DNA of 58,146 nucleotides, the filler included, from Deltaproteobacteria bacterium (lineage in GTDB: Bacteria > CG2-30-53-67): NCBI GenBank assembly GCA_013151235.1. It is 4 parts of 4 records of this genome, joined end to end, with 100 filler letters (N's around TTAATTAATTAA, not from the genome) between each part and the next. Parts side by side here need not be neighbours in the genome. Positions count along the whole stretch, not along the records: positions 31,306 to 50,396 come from JAADIO010000055.1; 3 more parts are not named here. One strand, written 5' to 3'. This document shows positions 31,306-41,703 of the stretch, one piece after another. Below the pieces are notes generated by a model. That model saw only the letters and a program-made list of their open reading frames with translations, was not told where the DNA came from and ran no database searches. The first letter of the stretch is position 1; the number at the start of each line of letters is the position of its first letter. Made by a program: the position numbers and the translations under genes.

Positions 31306-32024
31306 CCGTACCGGATCGGCCTGGCCCCGGCCTGTTGAAGAAGCGCTGCAAGATGAAAGGAATTGATGTCCCGTACCTGACCCGGATGCGGGGTCTGATC
31401 GGGCGGAACAATCTCGTTGCCCGTCGGAATCACGGAAACCGCCGGCCTTCGATAGACAAAGATCTTCGTGACCCCCAGGCCGCAGAGGAGCCCGATATCC
31501 TGGGGGCGAATGCGCCGGCCGGACCGAAGAATCTCCTGCCCTTGCCGAACGTCGTCCCCGGTCCGGATCACATTTTCACCCGGTGCCACCGATCGAACCA
31601 CTTCGACCATCCCGGCATCTACGGATACGGTCTGTTCCAGCATCACCACGGCATCGGCACCTGCCGGCAACATTCCGCCGGTGGCAATCCGCACGGCATC
31701 CATTTCCCCCACCGAGATCTCCGGGACCGTTCCCATCGGAATTTCACCGATCACGTTCAGATAGGCGGCCATCGACTCCGAGGCGCCGAAGGTGTCCCGG
31801 GCACGCACGGCATACCCGTCCATCGTCGAGCGGGCAAAGGAAGGAAGATCCTCGGGAGAGGACACCGGTCGTCCGAGAATCCGGCCGAGTGCGGCCGGAG
31901 TCTCGATCTCTTCCATCGGTGGCACAGGAAAGCAAAAGGTCTCCCGAAGCCGCTGCTGGGCCTCTTGCCGGGAGAGGACCGCAGAACGACCGAGCATGTC
32001 TTTGGGGATTTCTGAAGGTTTCAT
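31306..32024 (-). CDS. moeA: Molybdopterin molybdotransferase (3' truncated)
   Basis: RSTMDGYAV, IATGGMLPAGADAVVMLE, TGNEI, DINS. Confidence 0.92.
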
Positions 32025-32090
32025 AGGAAAGATTTATATCATATCCGGAACGTCCCTGACAAACTGAACTTCTGAATGGGCTCCGGACAC

Positions 32091-32122
32091 AAAAAAACCG
32101 CTGCCCGAAAACCAGGCAGCGG
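32091..32122 (-). terminator. Rho-independent terminator of the cytochrome c gene
   Basis: CCGCTGCC...GGCAGCGG followed by T7 on the minus strand. Confidence 0.8.
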
Positions 32123-32146
32123 CGGCATAACAAGTTTGACTTCGAT

Positions 32147-32659
32147 TCAGTGCGCTTTTCTCAACTTGTAATGCTGGTGAGTCCCTTTGGCCTTGAACGT
32201 AGCAAAATCAAAGGTCTTATAGAACGGACTCTTTTTGTTGTGGCACTTCTTACAGGTCGTCGCATCAGGCAGGATAAACCCCTTGGCCTGAAGGTCGGCC
32301 AGTTTGAAGTCCCGGTTGGTCATCATGACCTTCATGTAGCCGGAACCCGGACCGTGACACGCCTCACACTGAACGCCGGGCATATCCGCCTTGCCGTTCG
32401 TCGTGTGACACCCCAGGCAGGTTGCGTCGGTGGTATAGTCCTTGGCACCATCAAGACCTGCTGCCTTCTTTTCCTCGGCTTTGACCCCCGGTTTCAGAAG
32501 TTCAAAGGCCTGGGCCATCTTGGTTGTTTTCCAGCTCTTGTACTCTTTCCTGTGGCACATCTTGCAACGTTTCACTCCCACATAATTCGCAGCAAAGAGG
32601 CTGTTGACTCCCACAAAGGAGAAGACGACCACCATCATGATCAACGTCATTTTTTTCAT
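32147..32659 (-). CDS. Periplasmic tetraheme cytochrome c (c554-like)
   Basis: Signal peptide; CKMCH, CLGCH, CEACH, CKKCH; YVG and GVQCEACHGPGS. Confidence 0.88.
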   Translation of the reverse strand: MKKMTLIMMVVVFSFVGVNSLFAANYVGVKRCKMCHRKEYKSWKTTKMAQAFELLKPGVKAEEKKAAGLDGAKDYTTDATCLGCHTTNGKADMPGVQCEACHGPGSGYMKVMMTNRDFKLADLQAKGFILPDATTCKKCHNKKSPFYKTFDFATFKAKGTHQHYKLRKAH

Positions 32660-32727
32660 CGCTGTTTCACCTCCTTTCGCATGGAATTTTATAGCACCTG
32701 AAACCCTGCTTAAGAAATTCGCAAAGC

Positions 32728-32757
32728 TTTATATCACCAAAGACGAGTGAGAGTCAA
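32728..32757 (-). promoter_or_regulatory. sigma70 promoter of the cytochrome c gene
   Basis: TTGACT-N18-TATAAA with an extended TG. Confidence 0.5.
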
Positions 32758-32888
32758 ATATATTCATGTAAATTCTCTTTAATATCATTCCGGGTTTTTT
32801 ACTCCGGTCGATGTGTTTCCCTCCCGGGAGGACTTGCATCATCGGACCGGACATACTATGATAGACCGGAAAGAGGGGAAGCAGGACT

Positions 32889-33728
32889 ATGTATCGTGAA
32901 AAACCGTCCGTCAGTGTTATTATTCCCACATACAACCGCTATTCACTCCTTTGTGAGGCAATATCGTCCGTTATCTCCCAGAATGATCAGGATTTTGAAC
33001 TGATCATTATAGATGACGGTTCGACCGATGGAACCGGCGACGTGGGGAAAAAATTTCAGGGGAAGCTGCAATACCATTATCAGAAAAGAAGGGGCGTCAG
33101 TGCCGCCCGGAATCAGGGGATCCGTCATGCACGGGGGAAGTGGATTTGCTTCCTCGATTCCGACGACCTCTGGCATCCCCGGAAACTGGAAATCCAGCGT
33201 TCAATCATGGAGAAGGATCCGTCGATGCAGATCTCTTACACGGAAGAGATCTGGTACCGCCGCGGTCTCCGCGTCAACCCCGGGAAGAAACACGCCAAGC
33301 AGACCGGCTGGATTTTCGAACACTGTCTTCCGCTCTGCATCATCAGCCCTTCCTCCGTCATGATCCGGAAGACTCTCTTCCGGGAAATCCCTCCCTTCGA
33401 CGAAAGTTTTCCAGTCTGCGAAGATTACGACCTCTGGCTCCGGATCTCTCAGCGGTATCCCGTCCATCTAATCCGGGAACCCCTGATCACCAAGCGGAAC
33501 GGCCATCCCGGACAGCTTTCAGCAAGCGGCTGGGGCTTTGATCGATACCGGGTCAGAAGTATCGCCCGTCTCCTCCGGTCGGGGCGGCTTTCCACATCCC
33601 AGAAGAAGGCCGCCCGGATCATCCTCCGGAAGAAATGCACCATTCTTTCTCAAGGATTTCATAAAAGGGGAAAGACGGCGGAAGGAAAATATTATGAACA
33701 GCTCTGCAAGACCGCAGAAGATGCGTGA
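32889..33728 (+). CDS. GT2 glycosyltransferase
   Basis: SVIIPTYNR, DDGSTD, FLDSDD, EDYDLWLR. Confidence 0.92.
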   Translation: MYREKPSVSVIIPTYNRYSLLCEAISSVISQNDQDFELIIIDDGSTDGTGDVGKKFQGKLQYHYQKRRGVSAARNQGIRHARGKWICFLDSDDLWHPRKLEIQRSIMEKDPSMQISYTEEIWYRRGLRVNPGKKHAKQTGWIFEHCLPLCIISPSSVMIRKTLFREIPPFDESFPVCEDYDLWLRISQRYPVHLIREPLITKRNGHPGQLSASGWGFDRYRVRSIARLLRSGRLSTSQKKAARIILRKKCTILSQGFHKRGKTAEGKYYEQLCKTAEDA

Positions 33729-33773
33729 AATGACACATTTCCTGTTGCCATCCTTAATGTGCCGTGCTATGTT

Positions 33774-33951
33774 TGACGAAGTCGTAAAAAGTCGTTTTCC
33801 GGATTCCGTTCATGGTTCGACAGGCTCACCACGAACGGTCCATTAAACTTTCCGAACCACACGAACGGAATTCAATCACTTACGCCGTTCGCCCTGAGCG
33901 GGCCTGTCCTGAGCCGGTCGAAGGGCCTCGTGACTTTTTACGACACCATCA
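33774..33951. mobile_element. Family A element, copy 3 (inverted relative to copy 1)
   Basis: GTCGTAAAAAGTC...GACTTTTTACGACACCATCA; internal CCGTTCGCCCTGAG..CCTGTCCTGAGC..GTCGAAGGG. Confidence 0.82.
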
Positions 33952-34044
33952 TGTTTCACTTATTATTTTTCATGGACATTCAGCGAGGTTGTCATTTTCA
34001 AAACGATCGATTCCTTTGCTTTCACCAACGACAAAACCACAACC

Positions 34045-35547
34045 ATGGGTATGTTCAACAAACTGAACCGGAGCCTGAAAGTACGCTTCGTCGTCTTTCT
34101 TGTACTGATTCTCACCCTTGCTATCGGTGCCTCTTCCTATCTGCACCTTCAGATTCAGTACAATCAGTTGATGGATATTGACCGTGAGAAACTGCGGGAC
34201 ATTGCCGGTGCCGTGGAGCGCAGCATCAAGACTTCCATGGAGGAAGGCAAGAGCCAGAATGTCAAGCAGATTATCGGCGACGTGGGAACCCTGCCGGACA
34301 TCCTGAAGATTCGGATCTTCTCCAAACGGGGGGTGATCCTGATCTCCAGTATTGAGGGAGAAAAAGGGACCCTGATCGACGAACATGATCTGCAACTTTT
34401 GCATAACCGGAAGTTTTCGACCGTCTACGACGCGGAAAACCTCCAACAGCCGGTCTTTTCCATCATCAAACCGATTTACAATCAACCCCGCTGCTTTCGT
34501 TGTCATGGCTCCAGTACGAACCAGATCAACGGAGTCCTCGAGGTTGAGGTCTCCATGAAAAAAGTTCGTTACCGCCTGCAGGCCATCCGAAACTTCATGA
34601 TTACCTCCACCCTCATCACCCTGCTCGTGCTGGTCCTGACGATTCTTTTTCTCCTTTCGCACCTCGTAAACCGGCCGATTCAACGGCTGATCACCACCAT
34701 GCGGAAGGCACAACAGGGAGACCTGACGGTTCGCGTGGGTCAGGAAGCCACGCTTGAATTTCGCGAACTGGGGTGGAATTTCAACTCCATGATCTCCCGT
34801 CTGGAAAAAGCGCTGGCCGACCTGAAGCACCTCCACGAAGAACAGATGGAACGGGTCGACCGCTTTGCGACCATCGGCGAACTGGCGGCCGGCATCGCCC
34901 ATGAGATCAAAAACCCCATCGCCGGGATCGGGGGAGCCATCCAGATCCTGATGGAAGATTTCCCTCTCCAGGACCCTCGCCGGGAGATCTTTGAAGAGAT
35001 CCTGAAACAGATCGACCGGATCGACCGGGACGTTAAGGATCTTCTGAGTTATGCCCGGACGGCCAAGCCGACCTTGTCCGAACAGGATATCAATCATGTC
35101 ATTCATCAGGCCGTCTTTCTGATCCGTGATCGGGCGGCCCAGCAACAGGTCGAAGTTGTTATGGAGCTGGATCAATCTCTCCCCAGGATCGAGGTCGACG
35201 GGAAACAGATTCAGCAGGTACTGGTCAACCTGGGATTGAACGGGATCCAGGCCATGCCCGAAGGGGGGCGTCTGCAATTCTCTTCGGCCATGATTGAACG
35301 GAGCGGGGGCAGCCGGTTCGTTGAGATCCGGGTTTCTGACACCGGTCAGGGAATCCCCTCCCGGACCATGGCCAAGATTTTCACACCCTTTTTCACCACC
35401 CGTCATACCGGCACCGGCTTGGGGCTCCCGATCAGCCAGAAGATCATTCACCAGCATCAGGGAAAGATCGAGGTACGGAGCAACCCGGACGAGGGGACCT
35501 GTTTTATCATCCAGCTCCCCCTGTTGAGAACGGACACGAAGGAGTAA
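34045..35547 (+). CDS. Membrane sensor histidine kinase with a periplasmic CxxCH and a HAMP domain
   Basis: Two TMs, CFRCH, AHEIKNP H-box, DTGQG, GTGLGL. Confidence 0.92.
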   Translation: MGMFNKLNRSLKVRFVVFLVLILTLAIGASSYLHLQIQYNQLMDIDREKLRDIAGAVERSIKTSMEEGKSQNVKQIIGDVGTLPDILKIRIFSKRGVILISSIEGEKGTLIDEHDLQLLHNRKFSTVYDAENLQQPVFSIIKPIYNQPRCFRCHGSSTNQINGVLEVEVSMKKVRYRLQAIRNFMITSTLITLLVLVLTILFLLSHLVNRPIQRLITTMRKAQQGDLTVRVGQEATLEFRELGWNFNSMISRLEKALADLKHLHEEQMERVDRFATIGELAAGIAHEIKNPIAGIGGAIQILMEDFPLQDPRREIFEEILKQIDRIDRDVKDLLSYARTAKPTLSEQDINHVIHQAVFLIRDRAAQQQVEVVMELDQSLPRIEVDGKQIQQVLVNLGLNGIQAMPEGGRLQFSSAMIERSGGSRFVEIRVSDTGQGIPSRTMAKIFTPFFTTRHTGTGLGLPISQKIIHQHQGKIEVRSNPDEGTCFIIQLPLLRTDTKE

Positions 35548-35561
35548 CCCGGAAGAACGCG

Positions 35562-35927
35562 ATGCGAATCGAGAAACGAACCTCCTTACGTCTTCCTCTC
35601 TCCATCCATGTCGCCTACTGGGTCCATCAGCAGGAACGACAAGAGGTTTACCAGGTCGAATCGGTCAATATCGGAGCAGGGGGAATCTTCATCCGGACGG
35701 AGCTGCCCCTCGGGATCGGAACTGAAGTCCATTTGGAGTTCACCCTTCCCGGCAGCCGGGAGCCAATCCGGATACAGGGGAAAGTCGTATGGTCCGGTGG
35801 AATCTCCACAAAGGGCGCTGACAAAATTCAGGGAAAAGGCATCGAGTTTACTGCCTGTGATGACCGGATTCGGAAACAACTGCTGGATTACATTGAGGCA
35901 AACAAAACAGATATAGAGACGGAATAG
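35562..35927 (+). CDS. PilZ domain protein
   Basis: RxxxR (RTSLR), NIGAGG, GKVVW, GIEF. Confidence 0.88.
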   Translation: MRIEKRTSLRLPLSIHVAYWVHQQERQEVYQVESVNIGAGGIFIRTELPLGIGTEVHLEFTLPGSREPIRIQGKVVWSGGISTKGADKIQGKGIEFTACDDRIRKQLLDYIEANKTDIETE

Positions 35928-35939
35928 GAGTTTGTTTAA

Positions 35940-37310
35940 ATGTCAAAAGCGACCATCCTTGTTGTCGATGACGAAAAATTAATCTGCTGGTCCCTGAAAG
36001 AGAAACTCGAAAAAGAGAACTACGAAGTCCTGACGGCCGGCTCCGGAGAAGAGGCGATGGAAATTATCAACCAGGCCCAACCCGACCTGATCCTGCAGGA
36101 CAACAAACTCCCCGGCATCAGCGGCATAGAACTTCTGGAAGAAATCAAGAAGATCCGGGAAGAGTCCCTGGTCATCATGATGACCGCCTACGGCGACGTC
36201 AACACCTCAGTGAAGGCGATGAAGTTAGGGGCCTACGATTTCGTGGAAAAGCCCTTTGACATCGACATGATCAAACTGACCATCGCCAAAGCCCTGGAAA
36301 CAGTCAATCTGAAACAGGAGGTGCAGGTTTACAAAAACCGTGAGAAAGCACAGTACGGAATCGACAATGTCATTGGAAAAACACCGGCCATGCAGAAGGT
36401 CTTTGAGATGGTTGGGAAACTCTCCAAGAGTGATGCCACCACCGTTCTGCTCCAGGGAGAGAGCGGAACCGGCAAGGACGTCATTGCCAAGGCCATCCAT
36501 TATCAAAGCCGCCGGGTGGAAAAACCCTACATGGAGATCAACTGCACCTCTCTGCCGGACACACTGATTGAGAGTGAACTCTTCGGCCATGAGAAAGGGG
36601 CCTTCACCGACGCCAAGGCAATGAAAAAGGGACTCTTCGAACTGACCGACGGGGGAACCATCCTTCTCGATGAAATCGGCGACATGCCGATGCCGACGCA
36701 GGCCAAGCTGCTTCGCGTGATCGAAAACAAGTCCTTCAAACGGGTCGGCGGTGTAAAAAATATTGTCGTTGATGTTCGAATCATCGCCGCGACGAATAAA
36801 GACCTGCATGAGGCGTCCCGCGACGGGACCTTCCGGGCGGATCTCTTCTACCGCCTCAAGGTCTTTCCGATCTATCTGCCTCCTCTGCGGGAACGGAAAG
36901 ACGATATTCCTCTGCTGGCCCGTCATTTCATCCAGTTCTTCAACCGGGAGTTCAAACGAAAGGTCAAGGGGATTTCCCGGAAAACGGAAGAGCTGATGAT
37001 GCGTTATGACTGGCCGGGGAATGTACGTGAATTAAAAAATGTGATCGAACGGGCGATCATCCTTGAAAGTTCCGAAATGATCCTCTCGGAACATCTCCCC
37101 ATGGAGATCACAATGCCTTCACAATCCTCCACACCTAAGGGACTCCCGGTCAAGCTGCCCGCAGAAGGGATTTCCATGTCGGAAGTTGAAATGGAGCTGA
37201 TCCGACAAGCCCTTGAAACGGCACAGGGAAACCAGGTTCATGCTGCGCGTCTGCTCAAGATGAGTCGGGATACACTACGATACCGCATGAAAAAATATAA
37301 TCTCCTCTGA
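35940..37310 (+). CDS. sigma54-dependent response regulator (AtoC/NtrC family)
   Basis: Receiver domain, GESGTGKD, GAFTDA, Fis-type HTH. Confidence 0.94.
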   Translation: MSKATILVVDDEKLICWSLKEKLEKENYEVLTAGSGEEAMEIINQAQPDLILQDNKLPGISGIELLEEIKKIREESLVIMMTAYGDVNTSVKAMKLGAYDFVEKPFDIDMIKLTIAKALETVNLKQEVQVYKNREKAQYGIDNVIGKTPAMQKVFEMVGKLSKSDATTVLLQGESGTGKDVIAKAIHYQSRRVEKPYMEINCTSLPDTLIESELFGHEKGAFTDAKAMKKGLFELTDGGTILLDEIGDMPMPTQAKLLRVIENKSFKRVGGVKNIVVDVRIIAATNKDLHEASRDGTFRADLFYRLKVFPIYLPPLRERKDDIPLLARHFIQFFNREFKRKVKGISRKTEELMMRYDWPGNVRELKNVIERAIILESSEMILSEHLPMEITMPSQSSTPKGLPVKLPAEGISMSEVEMELIRQALETAQGNQVHAARLLKMSRDTLRYRMKKYNLL

Positions 37311-37312
37311 AG

Positions 37313-38629
37313 ATGAACAAGCAACCGCCGCACACACATCCCGGATTGTGCATCCTGAATATCCGGTCGGGAACACCCGCACAAGCGCTGAGCCTGCTCC
37401 GCGGGGATCGGCTGGTCCGGATCAACGGTTACGAAATCCACGATCCGCTCGACGTCCGTTTTTACGGAAGCGAAGACGTGCTGACCCTGGAATTCGAACG
37501 GAACGGGAAGCGTTACAGTCTCTCCGTGGAGAAGGAGATCGACGAAGACCTCGGGCTGGAATTCGAGGCGCCGCCGACCCTGACCTGCAAAAACCACTGT
37601 CTCTTCTGTTTTGTCCACCAGATGCCTCGCGGCCTGCGGCATGCTCTCTATCTCAAAGATGACGACTACCGCCTCTCCTTTCTCCACGGGAACTATATCA
37701 CCCTGACCAATTGCGACGAGGCGGATTACGAACGGATTTTCCGGCAGCGGCTTTCTCCGCTCTACATCTCCGTACATGCCACGAACGATACCGTCCGAAG
37801 GAAGATTCTCGGCAATCCCAATGCCCCGCCCATCCTGCCGGCACTGAAGCGCCTGACCGAAGAGGGCATCCGAATCCACGTGCAGGTCGTCCTCTGCCGG
37901 GGAATCAACGACGGGAAGGTCCTGGAACGTACCGTCTCCGACCTCGCGGCCTTTTATCCGGAGATACAATCCGTCGCAGTCGTACCGGTCGGACTGACCC
38001 GGTTTCGGAAAAACCTCCCGCAGCTTTCTCCACTAACCGCCTCCGATGCGGTGAATCTGTTGTACCTTCTCCACCCTATGCAGGAAAGGTTCCGAAAAAC
38101 TTTCGGAGAAAGCTGGATCTTCCCTGCCGACGAATTCTACCTGATGGCCGGCCTCCCCTTCCCTCCGCTGGATACCTATGATGATCTTCCACAATTTGAA
38201 AACGGTATCGGCATGGTCCCCTTGCTGCAACAAGAGGTCAACGAAACAATCCGGGACCTTCCTTCCGGCCGGGTCAAAAACGAAATCACGATCGGGACCG
38301 GCCATCTGGCTTACCCCGTTCTACAGGAACTCCTTGTTGGTGTGTCAAAAAATACCGGAACAACCATCAATCTTCTGGCGATTACAAACCATTTTTTCGG
38401 CCCGGCCGTCACCGTCTCCGGTCTGCTCACCGGCTCCGATCTTCTCAAGGGCTTCGCGGACCGGAACCATGGAAAGACGATTTATCTCCCCTCCAACATG
38501 CTGGACTCCGGCGGTACACTCTTTCTGGACGGTTTGACCGTAAAAGATGTACAAAAGAAGCTGGATTGCCGACTCCGATTCATCACACCGTCTGCAGAAG
38601 GGCTCCTCTCCCCTTTCCGGAAAAGATGA
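37313..38629 (+). CDS. PDZ plus radical SAM-like DUF512 FeS protein
   Basis: CKNHCLFC, KDDDYRLSFLHGNYITLTN, VVPVGLT, QFENGIG. Confidence 0.88.
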   Translation: MNKQPPHTHPGLCILNIRSGTPAQALSLLRGDRLVRINGYEIHDPLDVRFYGSEDVLTLEFERNGKRYSLSVEKEIDEDLGLEFEAPPTLTCKNHCLFCFVHQMPRGLRHALYLKDDDYRLSFLHGNYITLTNCDEADYERIFRQRLSPLYISVHATNDTVRRKILGNPNAPPILPALKRLTEEGIRIHVQVVLCRGINDGKVLERTVSDLAAFYPEIQSVAVVPVGLTRFRKNLPQLSPLTASDAVNLLYLLHPMQERFRKTFGESWIFPADEFYLMAGLPFPPLDTYDDLPQFENGIGMVPLLQQEVNETIRDLPSGRVKNEITIGTGHLAYPVLQELLVGVSKNTGTTINLLAITNHFFGPAVTVSGLLTGSDLLKGFADRNHGKTIYLPSNMLDSGGTLFLDGLTVKDVQKKLDCRLRFITPSAEGLLSPFRKR

Positions 38630-38676
38630 AAAACCGACTTTTTAAAGGAAGACCCACCGTTTCCTTTTAAATCACC

Positions 38677-38706
38677 TTGACAATTTTGGGCACCCTAACA
38701 TAGAAT
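38677..38706 (+). promoter_or_regulatory. sigma70 promoter of the pil operon
   Basis: TTGACA-N18-TAGAAT. Confidence 0.65.
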
Positions 38707-38773
38707 TTTAGTATAGGTGGAAGCACATTATCCGCCCCTTGCAAACGCACTTTCCCTGAGGAGATCATTCCGG

Positions 38774-40471
38774 ATGGCTGGAAGACTCGGCGCTCTCCTG
38801 ATGAACGCGCACCTGATCAGCGAAGACCAGTTACAGCAGGCATTGGCAAAGCAAAAAAAAGAAGGCGGGAGGCTGGGCAGTAATCTCGTCCAGATGGGAT
38901 TTGTCCAGGAAGACAACCTGATCAGCTTCCTGAGTCAGCAGTATGGCATCCCTTCCGTGGATGTCACGAACTTCGAAATCGATCCCGAAGTCGTCAAGCT
39001 CATTCCATCCGAGGTCGCACAAAAATATATGATCATGCCCATCAACCGGACCGGCTCGACCTTGACCATCGCGATGGTCGACCCCTCAAACGTTTTTGCC
39101 ATCGATGACGTAAAGTTCATGACCGGCTACAATGTCGAACCGGTTGTGGCATCGGAAGGTTCGATCAAACAGGCCATCGATCAATACTACGATTCGGCCG
39201 ACATGCTGCAGACGGTTATGCAAGACATTCAGGATGAGATCAACATCGATATCATCGAAGATGTCGAAGAAGACCTTGATCTGGGCGAAATCAAACAGGC
39301 CGTGGAAGATGCCCCCGTTGTCAAACTGGTGAATTTAATTCTTTCGGAAGCCATAAAGAAGGGTGCCAGCGATATCCATATCGAACCCTATGAAAAGGAG
39401 TTCCGGGTCCGCTACCGGATCGACGGGGTCCTCTATGAAACCATGGCACCTCCGAAACGGCTGAAGGACGCCCTCACCTCCCGATTGAAGATCATGGCCG
39501 AACTCGATATTGCCGAACGGCGTCTTCCCCAGGACGGACGAATCAAGTTGAAAATGAAAAACAAGGAGGTCGATCTGCGTGTTTCAACCCTGCCGACCCT
39601 CTTCGGGGAGAAGGTCGTGATGCGGATCCTGGACAAGAGCAATCTTATGCTCGACATGACCAAACTCGGTTTTGATCCCGAGGCCCTGAAGAAACTGCAG
39701 GAAGCGATCTTTTCGCCCTACGGCATGGTCCTCGTCACGGGCCCGACCGGAAGCGGAAAATCGACCACCCTCTATTCCGCCATGGGGCAGATCAACAATC
39801 CCGAGATCAACATCATGACGGCGGAGGATCCCGTGGAGTACAACCTCTTCGGCATCAACCAGGTGCAGATGAAAGAGGAAATCGGACTGAACTTTGCCGC
39901 GGCACTCCGCTCTTTTCTGCGCCAGGACCCGGACGTCGTCATGGTCGGGGAGATCCGGGATTACGAAACGGCCGAGATCGGCGTCAAGGCCGCCCTCACA
40001 GGGCACCTGGTCCTGAGTACCCTGCATACCAACGACGCACCCAGTACGATCAACCGGCTGCTGAACATGGGAATCGAACCCTTCCTGGTGGCCTCTTCGG
40101 TCATCCTGATCATGGCCCAGCGCCTGGCCCGCCGGATCTGCCCCGAATGCAAGCAACAGGTGGAGATCCCTGAAAAAACCCTTATTGACATCGGGCTGTC
40201 ACCGAAACAGGCTGCCGGTATCACCTGTTACCAGGGAACGGGATGCAGCAAATGCAACGATACCGGCTACAAAGGCCGGGTCGGGCTCTATGAAGTCATG
40301 CCGGTCGATGAACAGATCCGGGAGTTGATCCTTGAAGGCGCCTCAGCGACGGAGATCAAACATCTCGCCATCAGCAACGGCATGGAATCTCTCCGGATGG
40401 CCGCGCTGAAAAAGCTGATGGACGGTCAGACCACGCTGGACGAAGTCCTCCGGGTAACCTTCGGAGACTAA
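38774..40471 (+). CDS. pilB: Type IV pilus assembly ATPase
   Basis: MshEN-like RLGALL repeats, ERRLPQDG, GPTGSGKS, LRQDPD, tetra-Cys motif. Confidence 0.96.
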   Translation: MAGRLGALLMNAHLISEDQLQQALAKQKKEGGRLGSNLVQMGFVQEDNLISFLSQQYGIPSVDVTNFEIDPEVVKLIPSEVAQKYMIMPINRTGSTLTIAMVDPSNVFAIDDVKFMTGYNVEPVVASEGSIKQAIDQYYDSADMLQTVMQDIQDEINIDIIEDVEEDLDLGEIKQAVEDAPVVKLVNLILSEAIKKGASDIHIEPYEKEFRVRYRIDGVLYETMAPPKRLKDALTSRLKIMAELDIAERRLPQDGRIKLKMKNKEVDLRVSTLPTLFGEKVVMRILDKSNLMLDMTKLGFDPEALKKLQEAIFSPYGMVLVTGPTGSGKSTTLYSAMGQINNPEINIMTAEDPVEYNLFGINQVQMKEEIGLNFAAALRSFLRQDPDVVMVGEIRDYETAEIGVKAALTGHLVLSTLHTNDAPSTINRLLNMGIEPFLVASSVILIMAQRLARRICPECKQQVEIPEKTLIDIGLSPKQAAGITCYQGTGCSKCNDTGYKGRVGLYEVMPVDEQIRELILEGASATEIKHLAISNGMESLRMAALKKLMDGQTTLDEVLRVTFGD

Positions 40472-40527
40472 CAAACAACCGGATCGAGAGAGCATCGATC
40501 GATCCACCCCTTTCCAAGGAGACCGGA

Positions 40528-41652
40528 ATGCCACTGAGCTTACACCAGTTACTCAAAACCATGATCGAAAAAGGTGCCTCGGATCTTCACATCACAACCG
40601 GTTCGCCTCCACAAATTCGCATCGACGGAAAACTGGCGCCGATGAACCTCCCCGATTTGGCTCCCGCAGAAACCAAACAGCTCTGCTACAGCGTCTTAAC
40701 GGACGCACAGAAGCACCGATTTGAGGACCAGAATGAATTGGATGTCTCCTTCGGCGTGAAAGGACTGAGCCGGTTCCGTGCGAACTTTTTCGTACAACGG
40801 GGGGCTATGGCCGCCGCCTTTCGAACGATCCCATATAAAATTCTCAGCTTCCAGGAGCTGGGCCTTCCTCCGATCGTCGAAAAACTCTGTGAGAAACCGC
40901 GCGGATTGATTCTGGTTACGGGACCGACGGGAAGCGGCAAATCCACCACCTTGGCATCCATGATCGACAAGATCAACCGTGAACGCCATGAACATATCAT
41001 CACCATTGAAGATCCGATCGAGTTTCTTCACCACCACAAGAATTGCGTGGTCAACCAACGTGAAGTCAACTCCGACACCAAATCCTTTAAAGACGCTTTG
41101 AAATATGTCCTTCGACAGGATCCGGATGTCGTGCTCATCGGCGAGATGAGGGACCTGGAAACCATCGAGGCCGCTCTGACCGTTTCAGAGACCGGTCATC
41201 TGGCCTTCGCCACACTCCATACGAATTCCTGTGTCCAGACCATCAACCGGATTATCGACGTCTTTCCTTCCCATCAGCAGTCCCAAGTACGGGCTCAACT
41301 CTCTTTTGTTCTGGAAGGGGTGCTGTCCCAACAGTTAATCGCCAAGGCCGGAGGAGAAGGACGTGTTCTCGCCCTGGAGGTCATGATCCCCAATGCGGCG
41401 ATCCGAAACCTGATCCGGGAAGACAAGGTACACCAGATCTACTCCACGATGCAGACCGGGCAGGGACAGTTCGGCATGCAGACAATGAACCAGTCACTCC
41501 TGGATCTCTATCAACGGCGGATCATCTCTTATGACGATGCCATCGGTCGGTCCACGGTCCCGGAGGAGCTACAGGCTATGCTGCAACATGGAACCACCAC
41601 AACCGATTCACGAGAACATGCCGGGGCCCGCCCCGCAAAGGTCCGCTACTGA
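40528..41652 (+). CDS. pilT: Type IV pilus retraction ATPase
   Basis: GASDLH, GPTGSGKS, AIRNLIRE, GMQT. Confidence 0.96.
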   Translation: MPLSLHQLLKTMIEKGASDLHITTGSPPQIRIDGKLAPMNLPDLAPAETKQLCYSVLTDAQKHRFEDQNELDVSFGVKGLSRFRANFFVQRGAMAAAFRTIPYKILSFQELGLPPIVEKLCEKPRGLILVTGPTGSGKSTTLASMIDKINRERHEHIITIEDPIEFLHHHKNCVVNQREVNSDTKSFKDALKYVLRQDPDVVLIGEMRDLETIEAALTVSETGHLAFATLHTNSCVQTINRIIDVFPSHQQSQVRAQLSFVLEGVLSQQLIAKAGGEGRVLALEVMIPNAAIRNLIREDKVHQIYSTMQTGQGQFGMQTMNQSLLDLYQRRIISYDDAIGRSTVPEELQAMLQHGTTTTDSREHAGARPAKVRY

Positions 41653-41703
41653 CCCGGTTCAGGCCCGGAGCCTTTATCATCCAGAAACTCAGGAGAATGA
41701 ATC

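Noticed and set aside
32025-32146. Moco riboswitch upstream of moeA
   Set aside because: The region is explained by the cytochrome terminator, and no riboswitch motif is recognisable.
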